From the human T2T-CHM13v2.0 reference genome, Homo sapiens: 64,000 nt of DNA. The stretch lies in assembly GCF_009914755.1 (NCBI RefSeq), contig NC_060930.1; one strand, given 5' to 3'. Below are positions 33,088 through 45,149 of the stretch, in pieces (position 1 is the stretch's first letter; each line of letters starts with the position of its first letter). The notes beneath the pieces are model-generated. The model was not told where the DNA came from. It worked only from the letters and a program-made list of their open reading frames with translations, and did not search any database. Position numbers and translations under genes: made by a program.

Positions 33088-33225
33088 TAGGGTTATCCCA
33101 CTTCCCACTTTGCCTAGGACAGTTCCAGTTCACACCACTGTCCAGCCATAATTATAATCATTATAAATACCCCTCTTTCACGCTTCAAAATGATCCAGTT
33201 TGAACAATAAACTATATGGTATCCT
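33088..33225. mobile_element. MER96-like hAT MITE
   Basis: TAGGGTTATCC at the start and TATATGGTATCCTA at the end, with internal GGACAGTTCCAGTT. Confidence 0.6.
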
Positions 33226-33541
<316 letters not shown>

Positions 33542-35303
33542 CTATATGGTGTCCTTGAACATAATGGAATTGGTATTTCACCTAAGTGGATTAGAACAGT
33601 GTCCCAAAATGCCTAGTTGATAAAGGAAGGATAGGACAGGAGGTTAAAAGAGCATTGCATTTGACATAGTTATGCTGATTATTGCATGTCAATCAAGAGT
33701 TTTATTGTAGTTACACATTATAGATCTTGGATTTAGAAAACATAGATAAACTAACAATATACCATGCTACTTCATAAATGCAGTTTATTTTATAATTAGA
33801 ACTTTTCAAGACATAAAGCAAAGAGTTGGAAAATTAATAAAGGGGTTTAAAGAAGTGGCCACTGAGTATGATGAGAATGAATTATGAAAGCAGTGGCAGC
33901 TCAGGGGGTGTGGGTGGAGAGCTGCTTAGGATAACATCTGGCAAGAAATAAGAGGTTTGATGCTAGATACATTTTAGACAGAGAATACACAGAACTTAGT
34001 ACCTGCCTGCCTACAAAATGCCAGAGAGAAGTAGTGAAGGATGAGTTTTGAGTTTTAAATTTGGATGCCTGAAACAAATAAGAAATGCAAGAGGGACTTC
34101 AGAGAAGGGGAAAGGGGAGTTCAGCAGATGAGATGATGGCATGATCTTCAAGTGGACCTACCATACCCAATAGGTACCTCAATTAATCCTTTAGTTTAGG
34201 AGATGAATTTTTCCCTTTCACTTTTTCATTTATAAAAATCATATCTGTATTGTCTGTTTTCTCACACATACGTCTAGATTTAGAGGAAAAAACTCTGAAA
34301 ATCAACTCTCACTTTTTGTAGTGATGCCAGATTTCTAGCTTATATTCCTAGCTTCAGATTCATGGAGATTCAAAACATTGATGTAACTTGACAGTGCTTT
34401 TTTAAGAATTAAGTGATCATCACCAGAACAATTAGTGATTTAAGTTATGTTTCAGACTATATGACCTTAGATATCAAGCTGTGCCCCAATTCAACAATAT
34501 AGAAGAAAGCAATTTTCATTAAAACTCTAAATGAAAGAAAAAACTGGTTTAATTTGCATATTATGATTTACATAATACAAAGATTAATACGGATTCTTCT
34601 AGACCTAGACTCAATTTACGTTTGCTATGTATTCCTGCTTTACTATTTCTCCTTTCAGTTACTAGGCCAGACACAACTGAAATTTGGTACTGCCTGAACA
34701 AGAATTGTAAAAGGGATTGTATGAGGCAGGGTGTTATCTCAACTACTGAAGTTTACTTGGAGCTAGTGACTTACATTTATCTGTCTATTCACTTGCCCTA
34801 CACTGATGGCTTTTGTTAGTGTCTTAAGGCCAGGTTTCTCAAACCTTAAACTCTCTGGTCTACCTTGTCCTTGGGCATATGTTTCCTCTTGAGTCCTGCC
34901 AGAGTATCTGACTTTCATATTCAAGTGTTCCCTGACTGTTGTTTTTCATCCTAGTTTCTAACATCATTTCACACTAAATTTTTTGTCTTTAAGGGTGCTT
35001 CTGGACTCTAATATGATGACCTTTGGATTCAACCAAAATCATAATTTTAAAGTAGGAAAAAAACATGTAGCACACAATAATTTCATAGCTGATGAAACAG
35101 CCCAGATAGATTAATTAACTAATCAAAATCATAAAGCAAATTTGTGGCAGATTTAAGACCAAGTGTTGTGTCTTCCAGTTTAAGGTTTTATCACAAAAGC
35201 TTCTTTATTCCTAAGCTGTGGCTCCAATGCTGAGACCAAATTTAACAATAATTGAGTTTTAATAATTAGCATATACATCATCCTATCATTCCTATCCTCT
35301 TAC

Positions 35304-35392
35304 TAAACTTCATTTGCAAGATACAGCTAATTTCTTTTCACCTGTAAAATTAAGATATTCCCAGGGTGAAATATAGCTATTGAAGCAATTCA
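35304..35392 (-). pseudogene. Weak candidate exon of the minus-strand pseudogene
   Basis: Acceptor tttgctttcag|, phase 1; translation NCFNSYISPWEYLNFTGEKKLAVSCK*SL; donor |gtaaga. Confidence 0.3.
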
Positions 35393-36151
35393 CTGAAAGC
35401 AAATTAAGTTCAAGCAACAGAGAAGTAACATATTACCAATTTGGAAAGACATGGGGAATCTAAATAATGCTGAGTAGATATCAAAATAAAAATGTAGATA
35501 CATAGAGCTTAAATATATTGTCACCTTAGTAATGTTCCTAGGGAACTACTACTATCAAGGAGAAATTTCATGGGGTTTTATAAGAAGTTCTAATTTTAAG
35601 ATTTCCCAGGAGCACAGAACTAATTAGTTTGTATGGTATTGACTCAACACTATTTCGAAAGAATAATTCCACATCCTAAATTGCCAACATTAATGCTTTA
35701 TCAAGCTGAAAAGTCATTTGGCCTACAGATTTCAATTCCTTTTAAAGATAAATTAAACAAACAACACAAACACAATCTTCCAATCCTGACAGTTGTTGCT
35801 ACAAAAAGGCAGCGGGGAGAATGGGATAAAAATCACAGTAGAATTCCAGAGTCTCAAATGTACATCTTGTTCCAGCAACAAGCCACACGGATTTTGCTCT
35901 TCCTCACTGAAAACCAAAACACTAATTTAGGTGCTCTAAAGTGAACATGGTTTTTGTGTAAAGCATTTATTGGAAGCTTGACATAGAAATAAATCAAGAC
36001 ATGGTTTTTAAAATGTTTTACACACAAAAAAATGAGGATTCATAGGCCAAGTAAATGTATTCTTTTTCTCTACCTTTTCCATAACAAGTCCCAAAAGAGA
36101 AGAACAGGCATAAATAATGAAGTGGGAAGAATAAAAATGTGAACATCTGAC

Positions 36152-36261
36152 CTTCCAAATCCTCTACAGCAATATATCAGTATAAAGGAAACACAAAAAC
36201 AGCTCAGCTTCTCAGGTACATAGAGGAGATGCCTTTTCCTTAAAACCTTTTGTGTGTGCAT
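36152..36261 (-). pseudogene. Candidate pseudogene exon
   Basis: Acceptor tatactttattgaaag|; translation CTHKRF*GKGISSMYLRS*AVFVFPLY*YIAVEDLE; ends in phase 1 at |gtcaga. The frame was chosen for its RGS-like pattern, so the call is partly circular. Confidence 0.4.
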
Positions 36262-38182
36262 CTTTCAATAAAGTATATAAGAATATAAGTAACAAGATTT
36301 CTTATAAAATACCTTTAGAAAATTTTCAAAATGAACTCAATCAAAAGGCTTATTAGTTTGTTCGTTTTTTGCTTTGAAGAGAGTGGCTATAGACTTCTGA
36401 GTTAATGAGAAGATATTTCACATTTATGCCCAACATGACTAATTGTTATGTCTGTGTTGCATATTGTCTCCGTCACTAAGTTACAGTGGCATGATGATTT
36501 TTTTCTTACAGTTGTAATCTCTCCAAAACTCATGGTAATGACAGAAATCCTGGGTATATAGGTCAATCTCCCTTGTTACGCTTCTTTAAAATCCTAGGAG
36601 GAAAAGTAATGCAATTCATTGAACAACTACTATGTTCCTGCTTTGATGTTAAGGGCATTAAATACAATCTTTACAGCAACTTTAGAAAGTAGATACTATT
36701 GACCTTCTGTTACCAGAGAGACTATCATAGCTCAGGGAGTAGCCAAATGGAAGAATGAGAATTCAAATCTAAATTTTTCTTATTCCGAAACCCATTCTCT
36801 CTCAACAATACTGTACTGCCGCTAGTAACTGCGGTTGGTCAACCAAATATGTGAATTAGACAATGATTTATTGCATTTACTTAAAAAACTATATAAGCTA
36901 ATTTAGTTGCATCTATTCATATCTAGAGAGAAAATAGTTGTATAATTATTTTAACAGGCAATTCTCTGAAAGCACTATACTTTTTTATTAAAATATCGCT
37001 GGTGTGATACACAACTAATAAACTCTCCTAAGTAATTTAGAAAAAAATCCAAAACTATTCAATGTACCATATTTCTGAATATGTATTTAATTGCTTTCTC
37101 ATTTTCCCCCATATTTCCCTGTTAAAAGGGTTAATTAGTGGTAAGATAATTTCACAGATGAAATTCCACAGAACTGTCACAAGATGCAACTTCAAGTTGG
37201 TTTCTATAATAGATGTGTTTGCTCCAACCTTCAATTTTGAATAAGTATATAAGGAAAAGCTAACCAGAAACTTCAGTGCAGCTTGTGGCCAAGGAACAGT
37301 GTGTATTTTTGTGTGACACTAACTAGCACATAAAAAGAGCTAATGTTTTGGCTTCATTGAAATTGATCTGTCATCAAGGGAACTGTCTGACTCAAATAAT
37401 CTATGAACTCTTGATGACCTCTCCTAAAACCCAAGGGTTAGCTATATGTATTAGTTTCAAATACAGTAATATATTGTTACCAAAAACCTCCATCCAAAAC
37501 ATAAAAATGTTAGAAAAATTCTTTTAAATACACTTCCAATTCAGAATTACTTTGTGATTTATAGTAAGAGAATATAAAGTTTGTTTGCAACTTTATCATT
37601 TGAGATGGCAGTAATCCACATAATTATCAGAAGCTTCCTAAAAGGAGATCTCCACTCCTTTAAGGCTCTGAACTTTCCTTTACTTCAGAAAGGAGTGTTT
37701 GGCATTAATTTCATCTCCCTCAAAGTCACATTACTGTTGAGTGAAATAACAAAACTAGATTATTTAAGCATAGCAGCCTGCTAGGCAGCACTCCTGAGTG
37801 GTTACCACAGACCATACCTCAGGTGGCTATTGTGAGGCCCCAGGCCAGAAGCAAGGTAATTCACAAGAACTGCATAAATCAACTGAAAATCATTTTGCTT
37901 GGCTTTCATATTGCTCTCATGAAATAGAATTAATCTACCCTAATAAAGGAAAATCTGCTATGGGTGGAAATTTTCCTGTGCTTTCTCTTCATGTTCATGA
38001 CAGCCTTTGGTTTAAAACATACCACAGGAGCCATGTATAAAGTTCTACAGCTTAAAAGTGAAATGAACTTGCACCTTGTTTCTGGTTACTCTACTGAGTA
38101 AATCATCTAAGGACAACAGAAATCTTGTCAAAGTCACACATGTGACAAGTAAAGCAAAAAGACCATATGTGCAGTGCGGTAA

Positions 38183-38518
<336 letters not shown>

Positions 38519-38808
38519 AGGAAAGTTATTTCTTACACATTCAGAAGAAAAGTGTCATCCTCAGATAAGTGTCCTTGTCAGTGGAGAAGGCTAAATTCTC
38601 AACTCAAATTTTGAGTGATCACTTGGGTATCTCAAAAGCATTATCAATGAGCAGCATACAACTGTATACTTTGTCAAGGAATCTGACTTCTGACCAACCT
38701 ACCTGGAATTTAGAAATTTTCATTTAAAAAAATGAAAATGCTTAAATATACAAAAAAGAATTTGATGATATTAATAGTAGATACCATTTCAGAATGTACC
38801 AGGAACTT

Positions 38809-38880
38809 GGCATTCATTATTTCATTAAGGCATTCATTATTTCATTAAGTCATTCATTACTTCATTCATTGCTTCATTCA
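38809..38880. repeat. Short tandem repeat, 20-bp unit GGCATTCATTATTTCATTAA (2 perfect plus degenerate copies)
   Basis: Direct reading. Confidence 0.85.
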
Positions 38881-39049
38881 CTTGAATTTTGTCAATATTC
38901 GCAGAGAATTTAGTCTAATTAATTAGTAGTCCTAAAATAGTGTCAGGCACGTAGTGGATGTTTAAGAATTGTTGAAGGTTTGACCAATGCCAAAGTTGAA
39001 GGCACATTTTCCCCGGGCCATGCTAATTCTTCAAAGATGAGAAAAGATC

Positions 39050-39191
39050 AAGAGGAAGGGAAAAGAGGGGAGGGGAGGGGAGAGAAGGGGAGGGGAGGGG
39101 AGAGAAGGGGAGGGGAGGGGAGAGAAGGGGAGGGGAGGGGAGAGGAGGGGAGGGGAGGGAAAAAGGAAAAGGAAAGAGAAAAGGAAAGGAG
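39050..39191. repeat. Polypurine GA-rich repeat (about 20-bp unit GGGGAGGGAGGGGAGAGAAG)
   Basis: Direct reading. Confidence 0.9.
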
Positions 39192-39778
39192 TACCATCTC
39201 CTTAGTGAGCAAAAGGAAAAACAAATCTATATTTTCAACTATTTAAAGCCATTAAGTAGTTATTTGTATATCCCATCCCCGTCTGGCTAATGAAGTTGTA
39301 ATTAAAACATGGTGACAGGCCACTAAAAGTATTTAATGAAAATCATTTTTATAGATTTTTAGGCCTTAAAAAAGGGAGGCTTTAAATTGTAATGACGCAG
39401 AAGTTAAGGCAAAGTTAGATTACTTACTCAAGGTCACTATATAAACAGCAAAAATTAGGTCATTTGATCACTCAGTTTTTAAATGATTACTAGATGCCAC
39501 ACAATGCTCTAAGTGCTGGACTTTTAAGTATAGCACAGTACCTCCCTCAAGAAGTGTATAGGTTTGTGAGTAAGACGCTAAAGTAGCTAAGCAATTAATA
39601 TAAAATATGTTAGAAAACATAGAAGAACACCTTCATGACCTTGAGATGAGTGAGGGCTTTTTAATCATGATGCAAAAAGTCGTAATGATGAAGAAACAAT
39701 CATAAATTGAACTATAATACAATTAAGAATTTCTGTTCATAAACCATCCCCACCTCTGCCAAAGGATAATTAAGAGAG

Positions 39779-40098
39779 TGTGATGGTTCATTTTATTTGT
39801 CCACTTGACTGGACTAGAGACATTTATCTGCTTCTGCCCTTTAACATTGGTGTTCCGTGTTTTTGGACCTTTGGACTCAGACCAGGACTTAGCACCATTG
39901 GCTCCCCTGGTTCCCAGGCCTTCAGACTCAGACTTTAGATTTTGACTGAATTACACCACTGGCTTTCCTTGTTCTCCAGCTTGTAGACAGCAGTAAGTGG
40001 GACTTCTCAGCCTCCATAATCAGGTGAGCCATTTCTTATAATAATGAAATAAATATATCCTATTGGTTCTGTTTCGCTGGAGAACTTTGACTAATACA
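39779..40098 (+). mobile_element. MLT2 (ERVL) solo LTR with internal deletion
   Basis: TGTGATGGTTCATTTTATTTGTCCACTTGACTGG...GGAGAACTTTGACTAATACA. Confidence 0.85.
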
Positions 40099-40591
40099 AA
40101 GAGTAAAAAGAAAATATCTCAAGTTATAGGAGATATAACTAGCAGGGAGGCCAAGGTGGCTAGAGTTTGCAAAGCAGCGTACTGGAAAGGAGGGAGTTAT
40201 ACATAGAGAGTTCCAGAAATCTGCAGATTCCCCTTTTTGTCTTCAACTAAGTACCAATTAGCACATGACAATGAGAAAACTACCTGTGGCTGGAGAAAGA
40301 ACCATTAGAAAGGATTCAAGGAAACAGTGTTGGAGTTTACAAAGAGCCTGGGACAGTTGCTAATTTCCCCAGCCTGAGAGAAAACTCATAATTCATGGGG
40401 CATTGAGTAGAGTACTCAGAAGAATTTAGCTTCAGTGGTAGGACAAAATCATTTCTAGAAAAAAGGCTGCTCTGGTTCTGTCTAACAAATATTAAAAGCA
40501 AGATCTGAATGTATCAAAGTGTTTCCAAGTAACTTTAACTGTGGCCCAGAAAAAAAAGCTCAGGAATAATATTTATAAGAATATAAAAATG

Positions 40592-40903
40592 GGCCAGGCA
40601 GGGTGGCTCATGCCTGTAATCCCAACACTTTGGGAGGCCGAGGAGGGAGGATCACTTGAGGCTAGGGATTTGAGACCAGCCTAGTCAACATAATAAGACC
40701 CCCATCTCTCAAAAAAATTTAAAAATTAGCTAGGCATGGTGGTGCGTGATTGTAGTCCTAGCTACTTGGGAGACTGAGGCAGGAGGATCACTTGATCCCA
40801 GGGGTCAAGAATACAGTGAGTTATGACCGTGCCATTGCACTCTAGCCTGGGTGACAGAGCAAGACCCTATCTCTAAAACAAACAAACAAACAAACAAACA
40901 AAA
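40592..40903 (+). mobile_element. AluJ with (AAAC)n tail
   Basis: Alu dimer. Confidence 0.93.
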
Positions 40904-40955
40904 AGGAATACAAAAATATCCAAAACCCTTCAAGAAAAAAATTTACAACGTCTGG

Positions 40956-41447
40956 TGTCAACTAAAGAAAAACTCAGGATTAAAATCAGTTTTATTCATA
41001 GTCTTACTGAGGATTGGAACCAGGAGAGTCTTTCAGAGAGCTTCTGTTTGACTGCTCCAAAGCAATGTATCAGCCCACGGCTTATATATCAGGTGGTGGA
41101 GGTTCCGCATGTGCTCCAATGTTACATCAAACATGCTCAGAAATTACTTTAGAACAAAATCATCAAAGTTCAGGTGTCAGAGTACATCTGGTTACAGATT
41201 ACAGATCTGGTTATGTACAGGAAGAAGCAAGGGCTAGGATCATTGAACTTATTTTAAAATGCAGTGATTCAAGCAAGAGATGGAGGAACCTATGCTCTAA
41301 CCTGCTTATTGTCTTCAGGTATTCTTCCAGAGGGCCAGTTCAGTCACTGAATCAGGGACTTTGTAAAATTCTGCAGACAAGGGAAAATAAAACGCAAGGC
41401 AAGCAGAATAAGCAAATATGTTTTCTTATGTTTGCTACTTTGTCTCA
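40956..41447 (-). mobile_element. ERV1 solo LTR, MER67-like
   Basis: The reverse complement starts TGAGACAAAGTAGCAAACATAAGAAAAC and ends GTTGACA. Confidence 0.65.
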
Positions 41448-41686
41448 TCCTGGCAACCAACCAAAAATTACCCAACATGCAAAGACGCAGAAAAATATAA
41501 CAATAACGAAGGTGAACTCAATTAAAATATACCTGGAAATGACACAGATGTTAGAATTAGTACACAAGGACATTAAAACAGTTATCATCAAAAAAGAATA
41601 ATAAAAATTCTTAACTAATTCTAAGAAATCAGAAGATTTAAAAATCAAAGAATAGGTGAGAGAAAAAATAGCAAAAGAAATATTTA

Positions 41687-41954
41687 ACACAAGAACAGAA
41701 AACCAAACACCGCATGTTCTCACTCATAAGTGAGAGTTGATCAATGAGAACAGATGGACACAGGGAGGGGAACACTACACACCAGGGCCTGTCGGGGGCT
41801 GAGGGGCTAGTCGGGGGATAGCATTAGGAAAAATACCTAATGTAGATGATGGGTTGATGGGTGCAGCAAACCACCATGTCATGTGTAAACCTATGTAACA
41901 AACCTGCATGTTCTGCACATGTACACCAGAACTTAAACTATAATTTAAAAAAAG
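41687..41954 (+). mobile_element. Short L1PA 3' insertion with TSD
   Basis: L1PA 3'UTR; TSD AAAGAAATATTTA at 41674-41686 and 41955-41967. Confidence 0.92.
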
Positions 41955-41992
41955 AAAGAAATATTTATACCCAGTCATCTCAAGAATCACAT

Positions 41993-42251
41993 TATGCCTG
42001 TAATCCTAGCACTTTGGGAGGTGAAGGCCATGGCCTTCACCATGGCCAACATGGTGAAACCTTGTCTCTACTAAAAATACAAAAATTAGCCAGATGTGGT
42101 GGCACGTGCCTATAATACCAGCTACTGGGAGGTTGAGACAAAAGAATCACTTGAACCTGGGGGACGGAGGTTGTAATGAGCCAAGATCGCACCACTTCAC
42201 TCCAGCCTGGGCAAAACAACGAAACTCCACCTCGGGAAAAAAAAAAAAAAA
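41993..42251 (+). mobile_element. Alu (AluS-like, partially deleted left arm)
   Basis: Alu motifs and poly(A) tail. Confidence 0.9.
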
Positions 42252-42925
42252 TCACATTAAATGAAAATAAACACTCCAATTAAAGGCAGAGATTGTAAAT
42301 TAGATAAAGAAGGAAGGTGTAAATACAAGTTGTTGAAAGGAAACTTGGTTTAAATTCCATGAGGAAACAAATAGGTTAAAACTAAAAGAATGGAAGAAAA
42401 ATACATCATGCTGAAACATCAAAAGAAAGCAAAGCAGATGTCAGAGCAAAGAAATATTACCAGAAATTAAAAGATTTATTTCACAGTGTTAAAAGAATAA
42501 ATTCGTTAAGAGAATATAACAATTCTAAGTTTTTATGCACTTAACTTATGAATACATAAAAATGCACATAGCAAAATGTGAAGGAACTGCCAGAAGAAAT
42601 TAGACAAATCTAATTCCAATAAGAGATTTCAGCTTCAGTTTCTTGATACTGATATTAAGTACACAGAAAATCCATAAAAATATAGAAGATTTGAACAACA
42701 CTTTCAATCAATTTGAAGTAATGCACATGTACAGAATACTCAGACAAATAATAGCAGAATTCTATTCATTTCACCTGAACACATAACATTTATCACAACA
42801 GAACATATCTGGGAAAGAAAACAAGTCTCAATAGATCTTTAAAATTTCAAATTATGCAAAATATGCTCTCTGTAACCACAATAGAATAAAATTGGAAATC
42901 AGTTACAGAAAAATGTCCAGAAACA

Positions 42926-43256
42926 TTTTTTTTCTTTTCTTTCTTTTTTCTTTTTCTTTTTCTTTTTTTTTTTTTTGAGAGGTATTCTTGCTCTGTCGCC
43001 CAGGCTGGAGTGCAATAGCATGATCTCAGCTCCCTGCAACCTCTGCCTCTGGGTTCAAGTGATTCTCCTGCCTCAGCCTCCCAAGTAGCTGGGATAACAG
43101 ATGCCTGCTACCACGCCCGACTAATTTTTGTATTTTAGTAGAAACAGGGTTTCACTATGTTGGCTAGAATGTCTCGAACTCCTGACCTCAAGTGATCCGC
43201 CCACCTTGGTCTCCCAAAGTGTTGGAATTACAGGTAAGAGCCTCCGCCACCAGCCC
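42926..43256 (-). mobile_element. AluS
   Basis: T-rich tail followed by a reverse Alu; AGAAAC on both flanks. Confidence 0.93.
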
Positions 43257-44242
43257 AGAAACTTTTTAAATTATTTAAAAACTAAATAATACATTTCTAA
43301 ACACCCTATGGGCCAAAAAGATATCATAAAGGAAACTTTAAAATACTTTTTACCTAAATGAAAATAAAAATACAGTTTACTCCGATTTGTGAAATATATC
43401 TAATGCAGTATTTAAAGGGAAATTTACAGCCTAAACATTCATATTAGGGGGAAAAAAGTTCTCAAATCATTGACCTTAGTTTCCACCTTAAGAAACTAGA
43501 AAAAGAAGAGAAAATAAAACACCAAGTAAGCAGAAGAAGGGAAATAATAAAGATAGGAGATGAATAAAATAGAAAGTAGAAGACTGATTGAGAAAAGCTA
43601 ATGAAACCAAAGCTGGGTTTTTTAAAAAGATTAATAAATTTAATAAACTTCAAGGTAGACTGATGAGGAAAAAGAGAGAGAGAAGAGGCAAATACCAACA
43701 TCAGGAGTGGGAGAAGTGATATTTGTACAGATTCTAAAGATACTAAGTGAATAAGGAATATTATGAAGAACTTTATGTCTATAATTTCAACAAGATAGAT
43801 AAAACGAATAAATTCCTTAAATGATATTAACTACCAAGACTCACTCCAGAAGAAATAGATAACCTGAATAGCCATATAGCTATTAAAGAAATCAGAATTA
43901 TCAATACAAATCGTCCCACAAGGAAAACTGGATTTTATCATCAATATCTTCCTCTCCTCATATCTAATTACTAACCTGTGCCTGTCAATTTTTCTTTGAA
44001 ATTTCCCCTTATCTCAATCCCTGTCTTCTACTACTACCTGGCCAGAGCCTTTTTCAACTTTTGCCAGAATTGCATAATATCTTCTAAGCTGTTATTCTGC
44101 TTGCTTCCTTTCGTGGTAAAAAATATATTATTTAAGGGTATTTCTTTGATTCACCTGCTTAAAACAATTCCAGGCTTCCCTCGTTCAACAGTAGCAGTCT
44201 CAATTCTGTTAGGAGCCCATTTTTTCACAGGTCTGTCACATT

Positions 44243-44701
44243 TGTGAAATGAAGGACTGACTGACCTCTTTTTCAGATTATTTTTTCAAGGGTGCTTATA
44301 TAGAAAATAAATATAGTGTCTCCTTTCAAAGCAAATGGCAGGTTTGCTGAAGGCTTTGAAAGACAGAGATAGTTTCTCTAACTAAAACAAATGGTAGGCA
44401 TATTACTTTCCAGTATAAAATATTCAGGTCTCCCTAACCTCTGGGATACTCTCCTGCAATTATACCTAGTATGTGTGCAGGTGTCATCTGGCCCTCTTTG
44501 TATCATCCTATAGGAATTAGGGCTCAAGGAACCAGCACAAAAAAATGCCAATACTCTGGCTACTTTTATTTCTGTAATAAACCGTTTTTAATCTCTGACT
44601 CGGGAGTTTCGTATTTTATACCAGCATTCTTGAAACTGTGGTAGACTAACCTTTTAGCTAATAAATAGTGTAAAATTTCAGAATCTTTACAGTTCTTCAC
44701 A
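44243..44701 (+). mobile_element. ERV1-class solo LTR (MER90/MER110-like)
   Basis: TGT start, AATAAA near 44576, and an end AAAATTTCAGAATCTTTACAGTTCTTCACA; subfamily uncertain. Confidence 0.55.
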
Positions 44702-44704
44702 ATT

Positions 44705-44845
44705 AGAATCACCTAGAGAGATATTTAAAAACACCAGTACCCAGGTTTTAGCCATATCAACTCAGAGCCTGTGGAAGTAAGCCTTGGGCACTGGCTATTT
44801 TAAAGCTCCCCAGGCAATTCTAATGTGCAGCCACATTAGAGTAAG
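44705..44845. mobile_element. MER5A
   Basis: TAGAATCACCTAGAGAG...AAGCTCCCCAGGCAATTCTAATGTGCAGCCA. Confidence 0.75.
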
Positions 44846-45149
44846 CTACAAGGCCCTCTTACATTCAGGGCTCTCTAAAATCTGACTCGTTTGTTTCTCA
44901 AACTCATTTTCCAAGTGGAAAAATTAGAAATAAAGGAAGAGACTAAGCTGGAGAAAGAGAAACATTTCACAAGAGAAAACTGAAATATAGAAGACAGGAT
45001 AGACAGCTACAATGGAGAAAATGAGATTCTGAAAGTGAGAATAGAAAGAATGCATCCAGAACTGTCTTCTGTTAAAAAAAAAAAAAAAAAAAAAAGCAAG
45101 AGAGAGATTTCTAAAAAGCTCCTTGGGGCCAATGACATTGGAAAGAGAG

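Larger units (their letters stand above)
40140..43930 (+). mobile_element. Old L1M (5'UTR/ORF1/ORF2 endonuclease region) hosting several nested insertions
   Basis: Degenerate L1 motifs such as AATTAAAGGCAGAGATTG and CCAGAAGAAATAGATAACCTGAATAG. Confidence 0.75.

Noticed and set aside
36070-36261. 63-aa hydrophobic ORF as a small membrane protein
   Set aside because: It is more simply an alternative frame of a candidate pseudo-exon reading into T-rich intron.
38809-38880. Direct repeats as a CRISPR-like array
   Set aside because: The repeats are contiguous with no spacers, in eukaryotic DNA; simple (TTCA)-derived slippage.
41014-41601. 195-aa ORF
   Set aside because: It runs antisense through a MER67-like LTR into L1 sequence, with no domain or splice support; a chance ORF.
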